From positions 1 through 64,000 of the IMG/VR virus record IMGVR_UViG_3300037205_000062: a DNA stretch of 64,000 bases. One strand, 5' to 3'. Of this stretch, positions 34,104 through 43,825 are shown one piece after another. Position numbers and translations under genes: made by a program. Positions within the stretch are counted from its first letter, which is position 1. Each line of letters starts with the position of its first letter. The DNA comes from a virus. The notes beneath the pieces were generated by a model that saw nothing but the letters and a program-made list of their open reading frames with translations, had not been told where the DNA came from and made no database searches.

Positions 34104-35864
34104 ATGTTAACAAAAATAATTACTTTATTGTTATTTATTACTTATTCAGTAATAGCATCGACTACAATACCCAATGAGTATTGGATTTCTCCCGTACCAA
34201 CAGGTAATATTGTTCCAATGGGTGGTACGATTGATAATCCATTAGACGGTTCAAATAATACTAATTTCGATTTGAATATGGGTCTAATCCCAGCAAATTC
34301 TACTATTCACTTATTAACAGGTACATTCCAAACTAAAGGATCGTGGCAAGGATATGGATTAAAGTCTGGACAGAAAGTATGCGGTAGTGGCATTGATAAT
34401 ACTATAGTCCAATTAGTAGCACCAACTTTTGTAGGAGGTTCAGGAGTATCAGTAATGGGAAATTTTGGTTCAGTTACTAACAATGAGATACAAGACTTAA
34501 CTATAGATTGTAATGTAAGTAATGTTTTAGATACATATAGTGGAGTTGGATTGATTGGTACAGAAAATAGTATAAGAAGAGTTAAGGTAATTAACTGCGG
34601 TAAATTTGGTGGCAATAGTGAGGCTTGGGGAATAGTGATAGCAAATTATTATTTACCAGATAGTATAGGAAATATTATAGAAGAATGTGAAGTATCTCAA
34701 TTCAGGGGTGGAGGAGGTATAACTAGTATAGCATTAGCAGGTGGTGGAGATAATTTTGGTAGTAATTCAGAACCAGCTCAAACTATATCTGGTATTATAA
34801 GAAATAATAAAGTTATATTAGTTAGTACAAATTATCCTATATATTCAAAAGGTTCATGGTTTGGTATCGGTTTAGGTGGTTGGCAGCATGATGTATTGAT
34901 TGAAGGCAATTATCTAGAAGGTTGTGACGTTGGCATACCTGGAGATACGGGTTGGGCACATAATGTAATAATTCAAAATAATCAAATACTGGATTGTGAT
35001 TACGGAGTAGAAGCTATAGGATTTGATAGAGTTAATATAACTATAGCCAATAATCATGTAAGGATATTAAGTTTCTTTAATAACTCAACTAATGTAGGAG
35101 CTGAACCATTTCCTCCCTGTGCATTCTATTTTTATCCAGGAACTATATATACTTCATTTACGAACATCTGGATAACAGGGAATGTAGTTGAATATGTAGC
35201 AGGTGTATCTAATGCAATCTGGCAAGGATTCGTAGCTGGCGGGGCATTTACTGGATTAAATGTCAGTGGTAATAGTTACGATAGCTCAATGAATTATAAT
35301 ATATTTACTTGGGCACCTTCTATTAATGTATCTAGTCATGATAATACAGATTTATTTGGAAATCCAATGCCAGGAATAGGTAATTATACTTTCAATGATG
35401 GGTCAGTAAGTATAGGAGGTAGTTTAACTGTCGGCGGAGGAATATCAGGTAATGGAATTAATATAACAAATCTTAATGCTAATAATATCATGAATGGTAT
35501 TATCGCATCTTCATTATTATCTGGAACCTATTCTAATATAGTTAATTTTTCAGCAAAAAATAATACTTTTACTGGAACTTATAATGGTATTTATTCTGGA
35601 AATGGATCAAATATAATTAGTTTGAATGCGTCGAATATATCCAAAGGAATATTACCATCTTTTGCTCTTTCAGGAGTGTATTCAAGTTCTGTAACTTTAA
35701 GTAATAATCAAAATTTATTTGTAGGTAAATTTAATGGAAATGGTAGTAATATTTCTAGTATCTCTTATAATTCAATGGTGGGTGGATTAACAACGAATAT
35801 TATTATTTCTTCAAATCAAATGTTGGTTTACACGAATGGTGGTTTATCAAATATTAAAAAATAA
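34104..35864 (+). CDS. signal-peptide right-handed beta-helix protein with GNGS..LNA repeats
   Basis: MLTKIITLLLFITYSVIA signal; IQDLTIDCN, IIRNN, IEGN, IQNN, IANN, ITGN beta-helix rungs. Confidence 0.7.
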   Translation: MLTKIITLLLFITYSVIASTTIPNEYWISPVPTGNIVPMGGTIDNPLDGSNNTNFDLNMGLIPANSTIHLLTGTFQTKGSWQGYGLKSGQKVCGSGIDNTIVQLVAPTFVGGSGVSVMGNFGSVTNNEIQDLTIDCNVSNVLDTYSGVGLIGTENSIRRVKVINCGKFGGNSEAWGIVIANYYLPDSIGNIIEECEVSQFRGGGGITSIALAGGGDNFGSNSEPAQTISGIIRNNKVILVSTNYPIYSKGSWFGIGLGGWQHDVLIEGNYLEGCDVGIPGDTGWAHNVIIQNNQILDCDYGVEAIGFDRVNITIANNHVRILSFFNNSTNVGAEPFPPCAFYFYPGTIYTSFTNIWITGNVVEYVAGVSNAIWQGFVAGGAFTGLNVSGNSYDSSMNYNIFTWAPSINVSSHDNTDLFGNPMPGIGNYTFNDGSVSIGGSLTVGGGISGNGINITNLNANNIMNGIIASSLLSGTYSNIVNFSAKNNTFTGTYNGIYSGNGSNIISLNASNISKGILPSFALSGVYSSSVTLSNNQNLFVGKFNGNGSNISSISYNSMVGGLTTNIIISSNQMLVYTNGGLSNIKK

Positions 35865-35873
35865 ATTATTTTA

Positions 35874-35880
35874 GTGTAAT
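35874..35880 (+). promoter_or_regulatory. GTGTAAT putative late promoter
   Basis: Recurrent motif, 18 nt before ATG. Confidence 0.6.
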
Positions 35881-35891
35881 TTATATTATAT

Positions 35892-36209
35892 ATGTCAAAT
35901 GGAGTTGTTCTAATACCAATTAACAATGGAGTTCAGATAGTTTTGAGTGGTAGTAATAATATTAATAGCAGCCTTCAAAATTATGATTGGACTACTGGAT
36001 TGACTAGTGGACTAAATAGTCAATTTATAACTTATCCAGTTGTTATTAGCTCGATTCCAACTACAATTAATTCATTCTTTCAAAACTCCATAGATAATTT
36101 TACATATTTATATAGTACTTCTGGTATTACCACAAGTGGATTCTATATTAATTTTTCTGATTATTTAAAAAATACTGGATATATACTTAACACCGAAATG
36201 TTCGTTTAA
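35892..36209 (+). CDS. small virion protein (stand-alone lectin-like tip domain)
   Basis: Homologous to the C-termini of 28659..30650 and 36237..36839. Confidence 0.7.
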   Translation: MSNGVVLIPINNGVQIVLSGSNNINSSLQNYDWTTGLTSGLNSQFITYPVVISSIPTTINSFFQNSIDNFTYLYSTSGITTSGFYINFSDYLKNTGYILNTEMFV

Positions 36210-36222
36210 TAATTACATTTTT

Positions 36223-36229
36223 GTGTAAT
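36223..36229 (+). promoter_or_regulatory. GTGTAAT putative late promoter
   Basis: Recurrent motif, 14 nt before ATG. Confidence 0.6.
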
Positions 36230-36236
36230 TATATTT

Positions 36237-36839
36237 ATGGCATTATCATATGATCTTTCAATGGGGCAAGGTTCAGATTTTAGTCTTTCATTAAATTTGA
36301 CTGGTAGTAATGGTGCGCCCATTAATTTAAGTGGATATAATATAAGCGGTTATATAAAAAATTATTTTTCTGATACGGGTTTTTTATTAAATATTTCTCC
36401 AAGTATTGTTAATGCTGCTAGTGGCTTAATCAATATTTATATTCCAGCGGCCCAAACTATTAATTTACCTATTAATATGGGAAGATATAGTATAGGTATT
36501 TCTAATGGTTTTTCTACTTCTAATGTACTTTATGGAAAAGTATTCACTTATCCAAGCGTATTTGCTACTGAAGGTTTACCGTTTACACCAATTTCTATCA
36601 CTGGACAAGATTTCTATTTTTCTACTTCTTTACTAAGTGGAGTTAATACGCAATTTATAACATATCCTAATATTTTACAAAATGCTCCTGCATCCGTCGA
36701 TTGTGATATAGAAAATAATATTGATAATTATAGTTATATATTTAATTTATCGAACATAACAAATAGTGGTTTTCAAATTAATTTTTCTGATTATTTAAAA
36801 AATACTGGATATATATTATTGGTATCATTGGGAACTTAA
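36237..36839 (+). CDS. virion protein with a BppU-like N-terminal domain and lectin-like C-terminal domain
   Basis: YDLSMGQGSDF...PINLSGY...G.Y N-terminal pattern; shared C-terminal domain. Confidence 0.65.
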   Translation: MALSYDLSMGQGSDFSLSLNLTGSNGAPINLSGYNISGYIKNYFSDTGFLLNISPSIVNAASGLINIYIPAAQTINLPINMGRYSIGISNGFSTSNVLYGKVFTYPSVFATEGLPFTPISITGQDFYFSTSLLSGVNTQFITYPNILQNAPASVDCDIENNIDNYSYIFNLSNITNSGFQINFSDYLKNTGYILLVSLGT

Positions 36840-36846
36840 ATAATTT

Positions 36847-39800
36847 ATGCCTCAAAATTTTCGTGTCGCACAACTTATTTTAAGCGGACAAGATGTTAAT
36901 AATTTATTTTATCCATTAACTGGGAATCCAAGTGGATTTATATTACCCTCGCAAACTGGGGCATTTGGTGGATCAGCTAATACTGGACAATTAACAGGTA
37001 TTTTTTATCCTTTAATTAGTAATCCCGCTGGATATTTAACTGGTTTTAATTCTGGGTTATATACCTTAAATTCTCAAACAGGTATTTTTATAACCACAGG
37101 TCAAACAGGACAATTTTATTCTATTAATAATCCATCTGGTTTTATTACTGGATTTAATTCTGGGTTATATGTATTAAATAGTAATACAGGAAACTTCATT
37201 ACTACTGGACAAACTGGTATTTTCGCTACTAGTTCTAACTTAAATTTAACTGGAAGTGGTTTACAAGCTAATATAACTTCTCTTTCTGGATTTTTAACAT
37301 CTAATTATTCTACTACTGTAAGTATTTCTAATACTTATGCGACAATTACTAATTTGGCGTCTACTGGAAGTACTTTAGTTAGTTTAATAAATTCTTTATC
37401 TGGATTTAGCACTGGAACATTTATAACAACAGGACAAACTGGACAATTTGCCTCAACAAATAATTTATTATTAACTGGTTCTGGATTATCAGTTAGTATT
37501 AATTCTTTATCTGGTTATAGTAATAATACTTTTAGTACAATTTCTAATTTAGCAATTACTGGTTCGACTTTGGTTAGTTTAATTAATACACTTTCTGGTT
37601 ATGATTCGGGAGTTTATGTAAATAAAAATTCTACTGGAATTTTTATAACTACAGGGCAAACTGGAGCATTTTATGCCGCCTCAAATCCATTAGGTTTTTC
37701 TTTATTAACGGGTACAAACTATCATAGTGGAAATTCATTTAGTATTGGAAATGATATAATTTCTGGAAATGTATCAGGTTATATTTTTAGTGGAACCAAC
37801 TTTATTATTAATGGAAATTCAGTTATTACTAATAATCAAACTGGACAATTTTATCCAAATATAGGAAATCCATCTGGATTTATTATACCATCGCAAACTG
37901 GAGCATTTTATTCCTCATCAAATCCTAACGCTTATATTACGGCGGCAAGTTTAACCCCATATTATTTAAATACTAATCCTTCAGGTTTTATTACTGGATT
38001 TAATAGTGGTTTATATACCTTAAATTCTAACACAGGAAATTTTATAACAAATTCTCAAACAGGTATTTTTGTTACAACAGGTCAAACTGGTGCTTTTGGT
38101 GGTTCAGTTAATACGGGCCAACTAACAGGAGCATTCTATCCTCTTACTGGAAATCCTTCAGGATTTATTTTATCATCTCAAACTGGAAACTTTATTACTA
38201 ATAACCAAACAGGAATATTTGTAGTAACTGGTGCAACTGGAGCTTTCATTACTACTGGACAAACTGGAGCTTTTTATTCAACTTCAAATCCTAATAATTA
38301 TATTTCGACTGTAAATACTGGTTATTATACTGGTATTTTTTATCCATTAACGGGTAATCCTAGTGGTTTTATTTTACCGTCTCAGACTGGTGCTTTTTAT
38401 CCTAATGTTGGAAACCCAAGCGGATTCATATTACCAAGTCAAACTGGCGCATTTGCTTCAATTATTAATTTAGGTTTAACTGGTAATACTCTTTCTAATT
38501 GGACTGGAAATTCTACAGGATTATATTATCCATTAAATACAAATCCTAGTGGTTATATTACTGGATTTAACAGTGGACTATATACACTTAACAGTAATAC
38601 TGGTAATTTTATAACTACAAATCAAACAGGAGCCTTTCAATCAGCATTGGGATATATACCCTTAAATAAAGCGGGGGATTTTACTACTGGAATTTTTTAT
38701 TTAAGTGGAACACATTATTTTACATATACTGGAATAAATACAGGAATTTCTGGGATATTATTTATAGGCAATAATACTTTAGCAACTACTGGTAATCCAG
38801 TACAAAATTCAGCCTCATTAATATTTAGTGGTCAAGGATGGGTGAGTGGGGCAGGAGGAACTGGAAGTCAGGTATCTACTTGGGCTATATATAATAATCC
38901 AATTTCTGGAGGAACTTTATCTTCTGAATTAATTTTCGCATATTCATTAAATACTGGCATTTCTGGTGTTTTTAATTATATTCCACAAGTTATTTTCAAT
39001 ACATCAAGTGGATTAAATGTTTTTGGAAATATTTATCAAAATAATAATCAAGTAGTTACTATAAATCAAACTGGGCAATTCTATTCTATTAATAATCCAT
39101 CAGGATATATTACTGGGTTAAATACGGGTAATTTTATTACAAATTCTCAAACAGGTGTATTTTATCCTAATTTTGGTAATCCTAGTGGTTTTATATTACC
39201 AAGTCAAACAGGAAACTTTTTAACTTCTGTACCAACTGGAAATTTAACTGGAGCATTTTATCCTTTATCAAGTAATCCTTCTGGATATTTGACTGGTTTT
39301 AACTCTGGACTTTATACATTAAATAGTAATACGGGGAGCTTTATTACTACATCTCAAACAGGAGCTTTCTATCCAAATTTTGGAAACCCAAGTGGATTTA
39401 TTTTGCCTAGTCAAACTGGTGTATTTGTTACCACTAATCAAACTGGGGCATTTGGTGGAGGATCAACTCCTACTGGAAATTTAACTGGTGTTTTTTATCC
39501 ATTAACTGGAAACCCAAGCGGATTCATATTACCGTCACAGACGGGCGCTTTTTATGCCGCTTCAAATCCAAATAATTATATTACATCTTCTCAGATCGGG
39601 GGGGTACAGACTATTAATATAACTGGATTATCTATTTCTGGTAACTTAACTTTTACTGGTATAAATGGTATGTTACTAAGTACTGGAAGTAGCTCTATTA
39701 TAAGATTCGATGGTTCAAATTTTGCATTATCTTCTCAAACAGGTACATTTATTACAAGTAGCCAAACTGGGGCTTTTTATCCAAATGCAGGAAATCCAAG

Positions 39801-40461
39801 CGGATTCATATTACCAAGTCAAACTGGAAATTTTGCATCAGCAGCAAATTTACTTACTACTGGAACTAGTTTGCAGAATGCTGTAAACGCCCTTAATACT
39901 TGGAGTGGAAGCTCTACTGGTATATATTATCCTTACCATTCTAATCCATCAGGATATATTACTGGAGTATCTTTGACATCATCTACTGGTATCATTATTG
40001 GTGGTACGCAACAAAATCCTACAATTAATACATATTTTGGTTCGCAATTTATTACTGGTTTACAATTAAATACCATATTGACTTCTTCTAATACGTATTT
40101 TAATATCCTTTCTGGAAATGTTGGTCCTGGAACTTGGCTAACTTTATCATCATTAACAGCTAGAAGTGTCGGTATTGATTGTATAGTTACTACTAAATTA
40201 TGGAGTGGTTCTGGAGCATTTGTATCTAAAGAAATTGCTTTACCATTTAGCGGAACGACCGCTACAACAACTGGATTGGCATCTATTAGTCTTAATACTA
40301 TTATTACAACTGTCGCAGGGTCTACTCCTATTGTATTATCTTCCGCTACTACTTTTGGTGCATCAGGTAATCCAATTATTGAATCAGCTCCATCTAATAA
40401 TTTGACACCTGGAATACCTTCAGGAACTTCGACTTTTATCAATATGGTAAGATTGTATTAA
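36847..40461 (+). CDS. long repeat-rich fibre protein
   Basis: Many TG(A/Q)FYPxxxNPSG(F/Y)I and FITTGQTG repeats; almost no charged residues. Confidence 0.8.
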   Translation: MPQNFRVAQLILSGQDVNNLFYPLTGNPSGFILPSQTGAFGGSANTGQLTGIFYPLISNPAGYLTGFNSGLYTLNSQTGIFITTGQTGQFYSINNPSGFITGFNSGLYVLNSNTGNFITTGQTGIFATSSNLNLTGSGLQANITSLSGFLTSNYSTTVSISNTYATITNLASTGSTLVSLINSLSGFSTGTFITTGQTGQFASTNNLLLTGSGLSVSINSLSGYSNNTFSTISNLAITGSTLVSLINTLSGYDSGVYVNKNSTGIFITTGQTGAFYAASNPLGFSLLTGTNYHSGNSFSIGNDIISGNVSGYIFSGTNFIINGNSVITNNQTGQFYPNIGNPSGFIIPSQTGAFYSSSNPNAYITAASLTPYYLNTNPSGFITGFNSGLYTLNSNTGNFITNSQTGIFVTTGQTGAFGGSVNTGQLTGAFYPLTGNPSGFILSSQTGNFITNNQTGIFVVTGATGAFITTGQTGAFYSTSNPNNYISTVNTGYYTGIFYPLTGNPSGFILPSQTGAFYPNVGNPSGFILPSQTGAFASIINLGLTGNTLSNWTGNSTGLYYPLNTNPSGYITGFNSGLYTLNSNTGNFITTNQTGAFQSALGYIPLNKAGDFTTGIFYLSGTHYFTYTGINTGISGILFIGNNTLATTGNPVQNSASLIFSGQGWVSGAGGTGSQVSTWAIYNNPISGGTLSSELIFAYSLNTGISGVFNYIPQVIFNTSSGLNVFGNIYQNNNQVVTINQTGQFYSINNPSGYITGLNTGNFITNSQTGVFYPNFGNPSGFILPSQTGNFLTSVPTGNLTGAFYPLSSNPSGYLTGFNSGLYTLNSNTGSFITTSQTGAFYPNFGNPSGFILPSQTGVFVTTNQTGAFGGGSTPTGNLTGVFYPLTGNPSGFILPSQTGAFYAASNPNNYITSSQIGGVQTINITGLSISGNLTFTGINGMLLSTGSSSIIRFDGSNFALSSQTGTFITSSQTGAFYPNAGNPSGFILPSQTGNFASAANLLTTGTSLQNAVNALNTWSGSSTGIYYPYHSNPSGYITGVSLTSSTGIIIGGTQQNPTINTYFGSQFITGLQLNTILTSSNTYFNILSGNVGPGTWLTLSSLTARSVGIDCIVTTKLWSGSGAFVSKEIALPFSGTTATTTGLASISLNTIITTVAGSTPIVLSSATTFGASGNPIIESAPSNNLTPGIPSGTSTFINMVRLY

Positions 40462-40464
40462 AAA

Positions 40465-40471
40465 GTGTAAT
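40465..40471 (+). promoter_or_regulatory. GTGTAAT putative late promoter (neck genes)
   Basis: Recurrent motif, 15 nt before ATG. Confidence 0.6.
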
Positions 40472-40479
40472 ATAAATAT

Positions 40480-40983
40480 ATGAAGATTATAGATATTGCT
40501 AATGAAATATACGAAGAAAGTTTTGAGCCAACTTATACTTCTATTCCTGCAATTTCATTTTGGATTAGAGGAAAAATTGGTACTATTAATAGTCTCCTTT
40601 GTGAAGATTTTCAAATTAATTCAAGTACATTAGAAATTAATTATTGCGATGGAAGCGAAATTAGTATTGACGCTGTAGCCATTATAAAACAATTATATCG
40701 TTTATATGATCTACAACAACAGGTTAATAATCTTATGAATGCTTTGGCTAGTGATTCTCTTTTATCTGTAAAAGATGCTTTTGGTGGCGGAGAATATACA
40801 AGAGTAAATAAAAATTCTATGGCGCAAACTCTTATTTCTTTAAGAAAAGATGAAATGAAAACTTTTGATATACTTGTTGGTGCGTATAAGATTAATAGAG
40901 GTAAACCATTAGCTGTGAATGGCGATGATACTATCTCGGCACCATATTGGAATGAAGGATATACAAGTCTAAGAGACGTTTAA
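40480..40983 (+). CDS. putative head-tail adaptor
   Basis: Size, helical content and position before the neck/tail genes. Confidence 0.5.
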   Translation: MKIIDIANEIYEESFEPTYTSIPAISFWIRGKIGTINSLLCEDFQINSSTLEINYCDGSEISIDAVAIIKQLYRLYDLQQQVNNLMNALASDSLLSVKDAFGGGEYTRVNKNSMAQTLISLRKDEMKTFDILVGAYKINRGKPLAVNGDDTISAPYWNEGYTSLRDV

Positions 40984-40984
40984 T

Positions 40985-41446
40985 ATGTCAAGTTTAATTT
41001 CATCAACAGAAATGTTAAATTCTACAGGAGTATTTCAAAATATATTTGATTCTTGGAGTCGTCAAATTATTATATTTAAAGAACCTATAAAACAACAAAT
41101 ATTACCACAAAATTCTTCTGCTCTTTTTGGATTTGGATCAAGTCAATCAACTGAATTATATAATTATACTCCTATTACTGGTGTATTTCCAGCACTTATT
41201 AGATATAATGATAGATATGCGAGTAAAGATAAAAGTGACCAATTACAATCAGAAATTAATGAATATATATCTGATGGTCCTGTTTCTATTAAAGTTAGAC
41301 AAGATTGTAGAGATTTTATTATTGTTGGTAAAACGCAAAAAATACAGATAGATAATCAAGAATATTTACTTGACGATGTTGATTTTAAAGTTGATTATTT
41401 CTTTCAGTCTATGTATTATATATTTGATTTAGAACGCAAAATGTAG
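40985..41446 (+). CDS. putative head closure (stopper) protein
   Basis: Beta-rich 153 aa following the adaptor. Confidence 0.5.
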   Translation: MSSLISSTEMLNSTGVFQNIFDSWSRQIIIFKEPIKQQILPQNSSALFGFGSSQSTELYNYTPITGVFPALIRYNDRYASKDKSDQLQSEINEYISDGPVSIKVRQDCRDFIIVGKTQKIQIDNQEYLLDDVDFKVDYFFQSMYYIFDLERKM

Positions 41447-41458
41447 TATCATATAAGT

Positions 41459-41642
41459 ATGATAAATTTAAAAATAATTTCAAAAAAATCTGGAATTTAC
41501 AAATTAACTAATAAAATTTTATTCTATTAGAGAGGCTGCTAGTTATTTTAATGTTACCAGTCAGTATATAGGACAAATTTTAAATAATAAAACAAAAAAT
41601 CCAAAAATATTAGAAGATTTTGAAATTAAAAGGATAAATTAA
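41459..41642 (+). pseudogene. deleted/frameshifted GIY-YIG homing endonuclease
   Basis: MINLKIISKKSGIYKLTNKI then a stop; another frame gives the NUMOD1-like YSIREAASYFNV; own TTGATT-17-TATCAT promoter. Confidence 0.7.
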
Positions 41643-41643
41643 T

Positions 41644-42246
41644 ATGGCTACTTTTTCCGCTAAAATTAATGCTAAAAGTTTCGGAAGAAAATTTAACAAG
41701 ATGTTAGATTCTCCTAAATTTAAGAAAGATGCTTATGATATTATGGATGAAACTTATCAGCATGCGAAACAAGAGTTATTTAAAGAATTTAATGATAGTA
41801 AAATTACTCAAGAAATAGAAAGGGGGCCAAATGCTGAAAATGAAAGCGGTTTATTAGATGGATATGGTAATTTATTTTCTTATATTGGTTTTCCAGTTGA
41901 TGAACAACCCATTGAAAATTTAAGAGATTATTTAGATGCTTATTTAGATAATTTTCAACAAACGGTTAGAAAAGAAAATTATTGGTATTTTCGTATTCCT
42001 TGCCCAAGTAAAAAAGAAATTGAGGCGCAAACTCCTATGCCTTGGGAAGAAGGAAATTCATGGGTAAGTGGAATAGAAGAAGAGGGTATCACAAATTTAT
42101 CTCATTATTTATATGGCGAAAGTAATAGATCAAGATCAACTATGGGTTTACAAATTACACCAGAATATAGACCTGGGGCCGCAATGCATACCTCTCCATA
42201 TTTATTAAAAATGTTAGAAGATTTTCGAGAAAGATTTGAGGTATAA
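41644..42246 (+). CDS. putative neck/tail-completion protein (HK97 gp10-like position)
   Basis: Position and C-terminal PYL motif; function positional. Confidence 0.5.
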   Translation: MATFSAKINAKSFGRKFNKMLDSPKFKKDAYDIMDETYQHAKQELFKEFNDSKITQEIERGPNAENESGLLDGYGNLFSYIGFPVDEQPIENLRDYLDAYLDNFQQTVRKENYWYFRIPCPSKKEIEAQTPMPWEEGNSWVSGIEEEGITNLSHYLYGESNRSRSTMGLQITPEYRPGAAMHTSPYLLKMLEDFRERFEV

Positions 42247-42247
42247 C

Positions 42248-43087
42248 ATGGGAATTCAACCACATTATGATAATAAATTAACTAGTTCTTTTATGCTGCT
42301 TATTGATAATAAAATTTTATCACAAGGTCAAGCTTTTACTAATTATTCGAGTTTATTTTATCCTATTAATTCATATATAAGTAATGAATATGCTTATGCG
42401 TGTCCATTTAAGTCATTAGTGAATGATATATCAATTAGTGGGGCCAATGTAATAAGTGGATTATATCTTAATGGAAATTATGTTAATATTGGACAATCTG
42501 GATTAGTTAGTATAAATCATTATAATGGAGCCGCTTTTTTTAATACGAAATTACCAACAAATACAATAATTAGTGGAAATTATTCGGTGAAAGATTTTAA
42601 TATTAAAATATCAGATCAACCAGAATATAAATTACTTTTCGAGACAGATTATACTACAAATGGAAAATATTATCAAAGTCCAACTGGTATTGATTTAGAC
42701 GCCGAAACATCTCCTATTATATTTCTAAGAACTAAAATGGATAATCCTGTTCCATTTTCTTTAGGTGGTATTGAAAATAAAAAGAAAACAATTCGTGCTA
42801 TTATTATAGCTGATTCCGAATATCAAAGGATGGCTGTTTGTGGTATTCTTAAAGATATGATGTATTCTCCTTTTTATATTAAAACGGGTTTGCCATTTGA
42901 TGCCATGGGAAATTATACTGGTATTCCTTATAATTTTAATAGTTTAGGTAATGATAATACATATTTACCTTGGATTATGAAAACTCAAGTCGTTGATGTT
43001 CCAAGACAGGGGGATTTTAAAACTATGCCTAAAAATATGAGTTTTGTAGATTTTCAGGTGCAAACACTGGCGTTACATACGTATTAA
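42248..43087 (+). CDS. putative tail terminator / tail structural protein
   Basis: ORF 42236..43087, ATG 42248 preferred; last sense gene before the tail tube. Confidence 0.55.
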   Translation: MGIQPHYDNKLTSSFMLLIDNKILSQGQAFTNYSSLFYPINSYISNEYAYACPFKSLVNDISISGANVISGLYLNGNYVNIGQSGLVSINHYNGAAFFNTKLPTNTIISGNYSVKDFNIKISDQPEYKLLFETDYTTNGKYYQSPTGIDLDAETSPIIFLRTKMDNPVPFSLGGIENKKKTIRAIIIADSEYQRMAVCGILKDMMYSPFYIKTGLPFDAMGNYTGIPYNFNSLGNDNTYLPWIMKTQVVDVPRQGDFKTMPKNMSFVDFQVQTLALHTY

Positions 43088-43713
43088 ATATATTTAAAAA
43101 AGTATCCATTATAAGATTTATTTTCCTTAATAAGTTTGTTTATATATGCTCTACTAATATTAAATTCTTTAGCTGCATGAGTCATACAATCAAATTTTTT
43201 ATTATTATTTTGATTGAATGCTAATATGGGTTTTCTATGAACAGGTATTCTACCCTTAGATTTTTCTCCTATAAGTTTCTTACTTTCTTCTGAATGGTTT
43301 TTGCCATAAGAAGCATTATTTTCTCCAATACGTCCCTCTGGAAAATTTTTATTTAATGTTTGTATAATTTTATCTTTAACTTCTTGTGTCCTAGGTAATC
43401 GTTTAGCTTTTTCTCCCTCCCATATATTATAACCATTATTAGTATCAGTTGTTTTATAAAATTTAATCCAATATTCTTCTCTTTCCTTTAAATTTTCTAA
43501 CGTACATTCTTCTAAAATAGAAAATTCAAAATTATCAAAACCATATTCTTGTATAGCATTAGTAAATCTTGGAGCATTACTATGTCCATTTTTATGGGAG
43601 ATATATCTTTGATAAAGAACTTTTGTACCCCCTATATATTTTTTATTATTTTTTTTATTAGTAAAACAATAAACTACAATTTTTTTTAAATTACTTTTTT
43701 TATCTAACAACAT
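43084..43713 (-). CDS. free-standing GIY-YIG homing endonuclease with NUMOD3/NUMOD1 modules
   Basis: VVYCFTN...KYIGGT...QRY..H, EREEYWI, GYNI, YGKNHSEESK; minus-strand promoter TTGACA(43756-43751)-17-TACTAT. Confidence 0.88.
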   Translation of the reverse strand: MLLDKKSNLKKIVVYCFTNKKNNKKYIGGTKVLYQRYISHKNGHSNAPRFTNAIQEYGFDNFEFSILEECTLENLKEREEYWIKFYKTTDTNNGYNIWEGEKAKRLPRTQEVKDKIIQTLNKNFPEGRIGENNASYGKNHSEESKKLIGEKSKGRIPVHRKPILAFNQNNNKKFDCMTHAAKEFNISRAYINKLIKENKSYNGYFFKYI

Positions 43714-43716
43714 AAC

Positions 43717-43722
43717 GTGTAA
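43717..43722 (+). promoter_or_regulatory. GTGTAA putative late promoter (tail tube)
   Basis: Recurrent motif; a variant CTGTAAT lies at 43789. Confidence 0.45.
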
Positions 43723-43825
43723 ATAATATAGTAAGATAAATTTTAATCTTTGTCAAGTATTAATTACTTTCACAATGAAAAAAAAATACTGTAATAATAA
43801 ATAAGAATAAATAATTTTAAACCAT

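Noticed and set aside
35892-36839. Diversity-generating retroelement TR/VR pair
   Set aside because: Both copies are coding, differences are not confined to adenines, and no reverse transcriptase is in the window
36847-40461. CRISPR-like repeat-spacer array
   Set aside because: Repeats are degenerate at third codon positions, irregularly spaced and inside one ORF, so they are protein repeats
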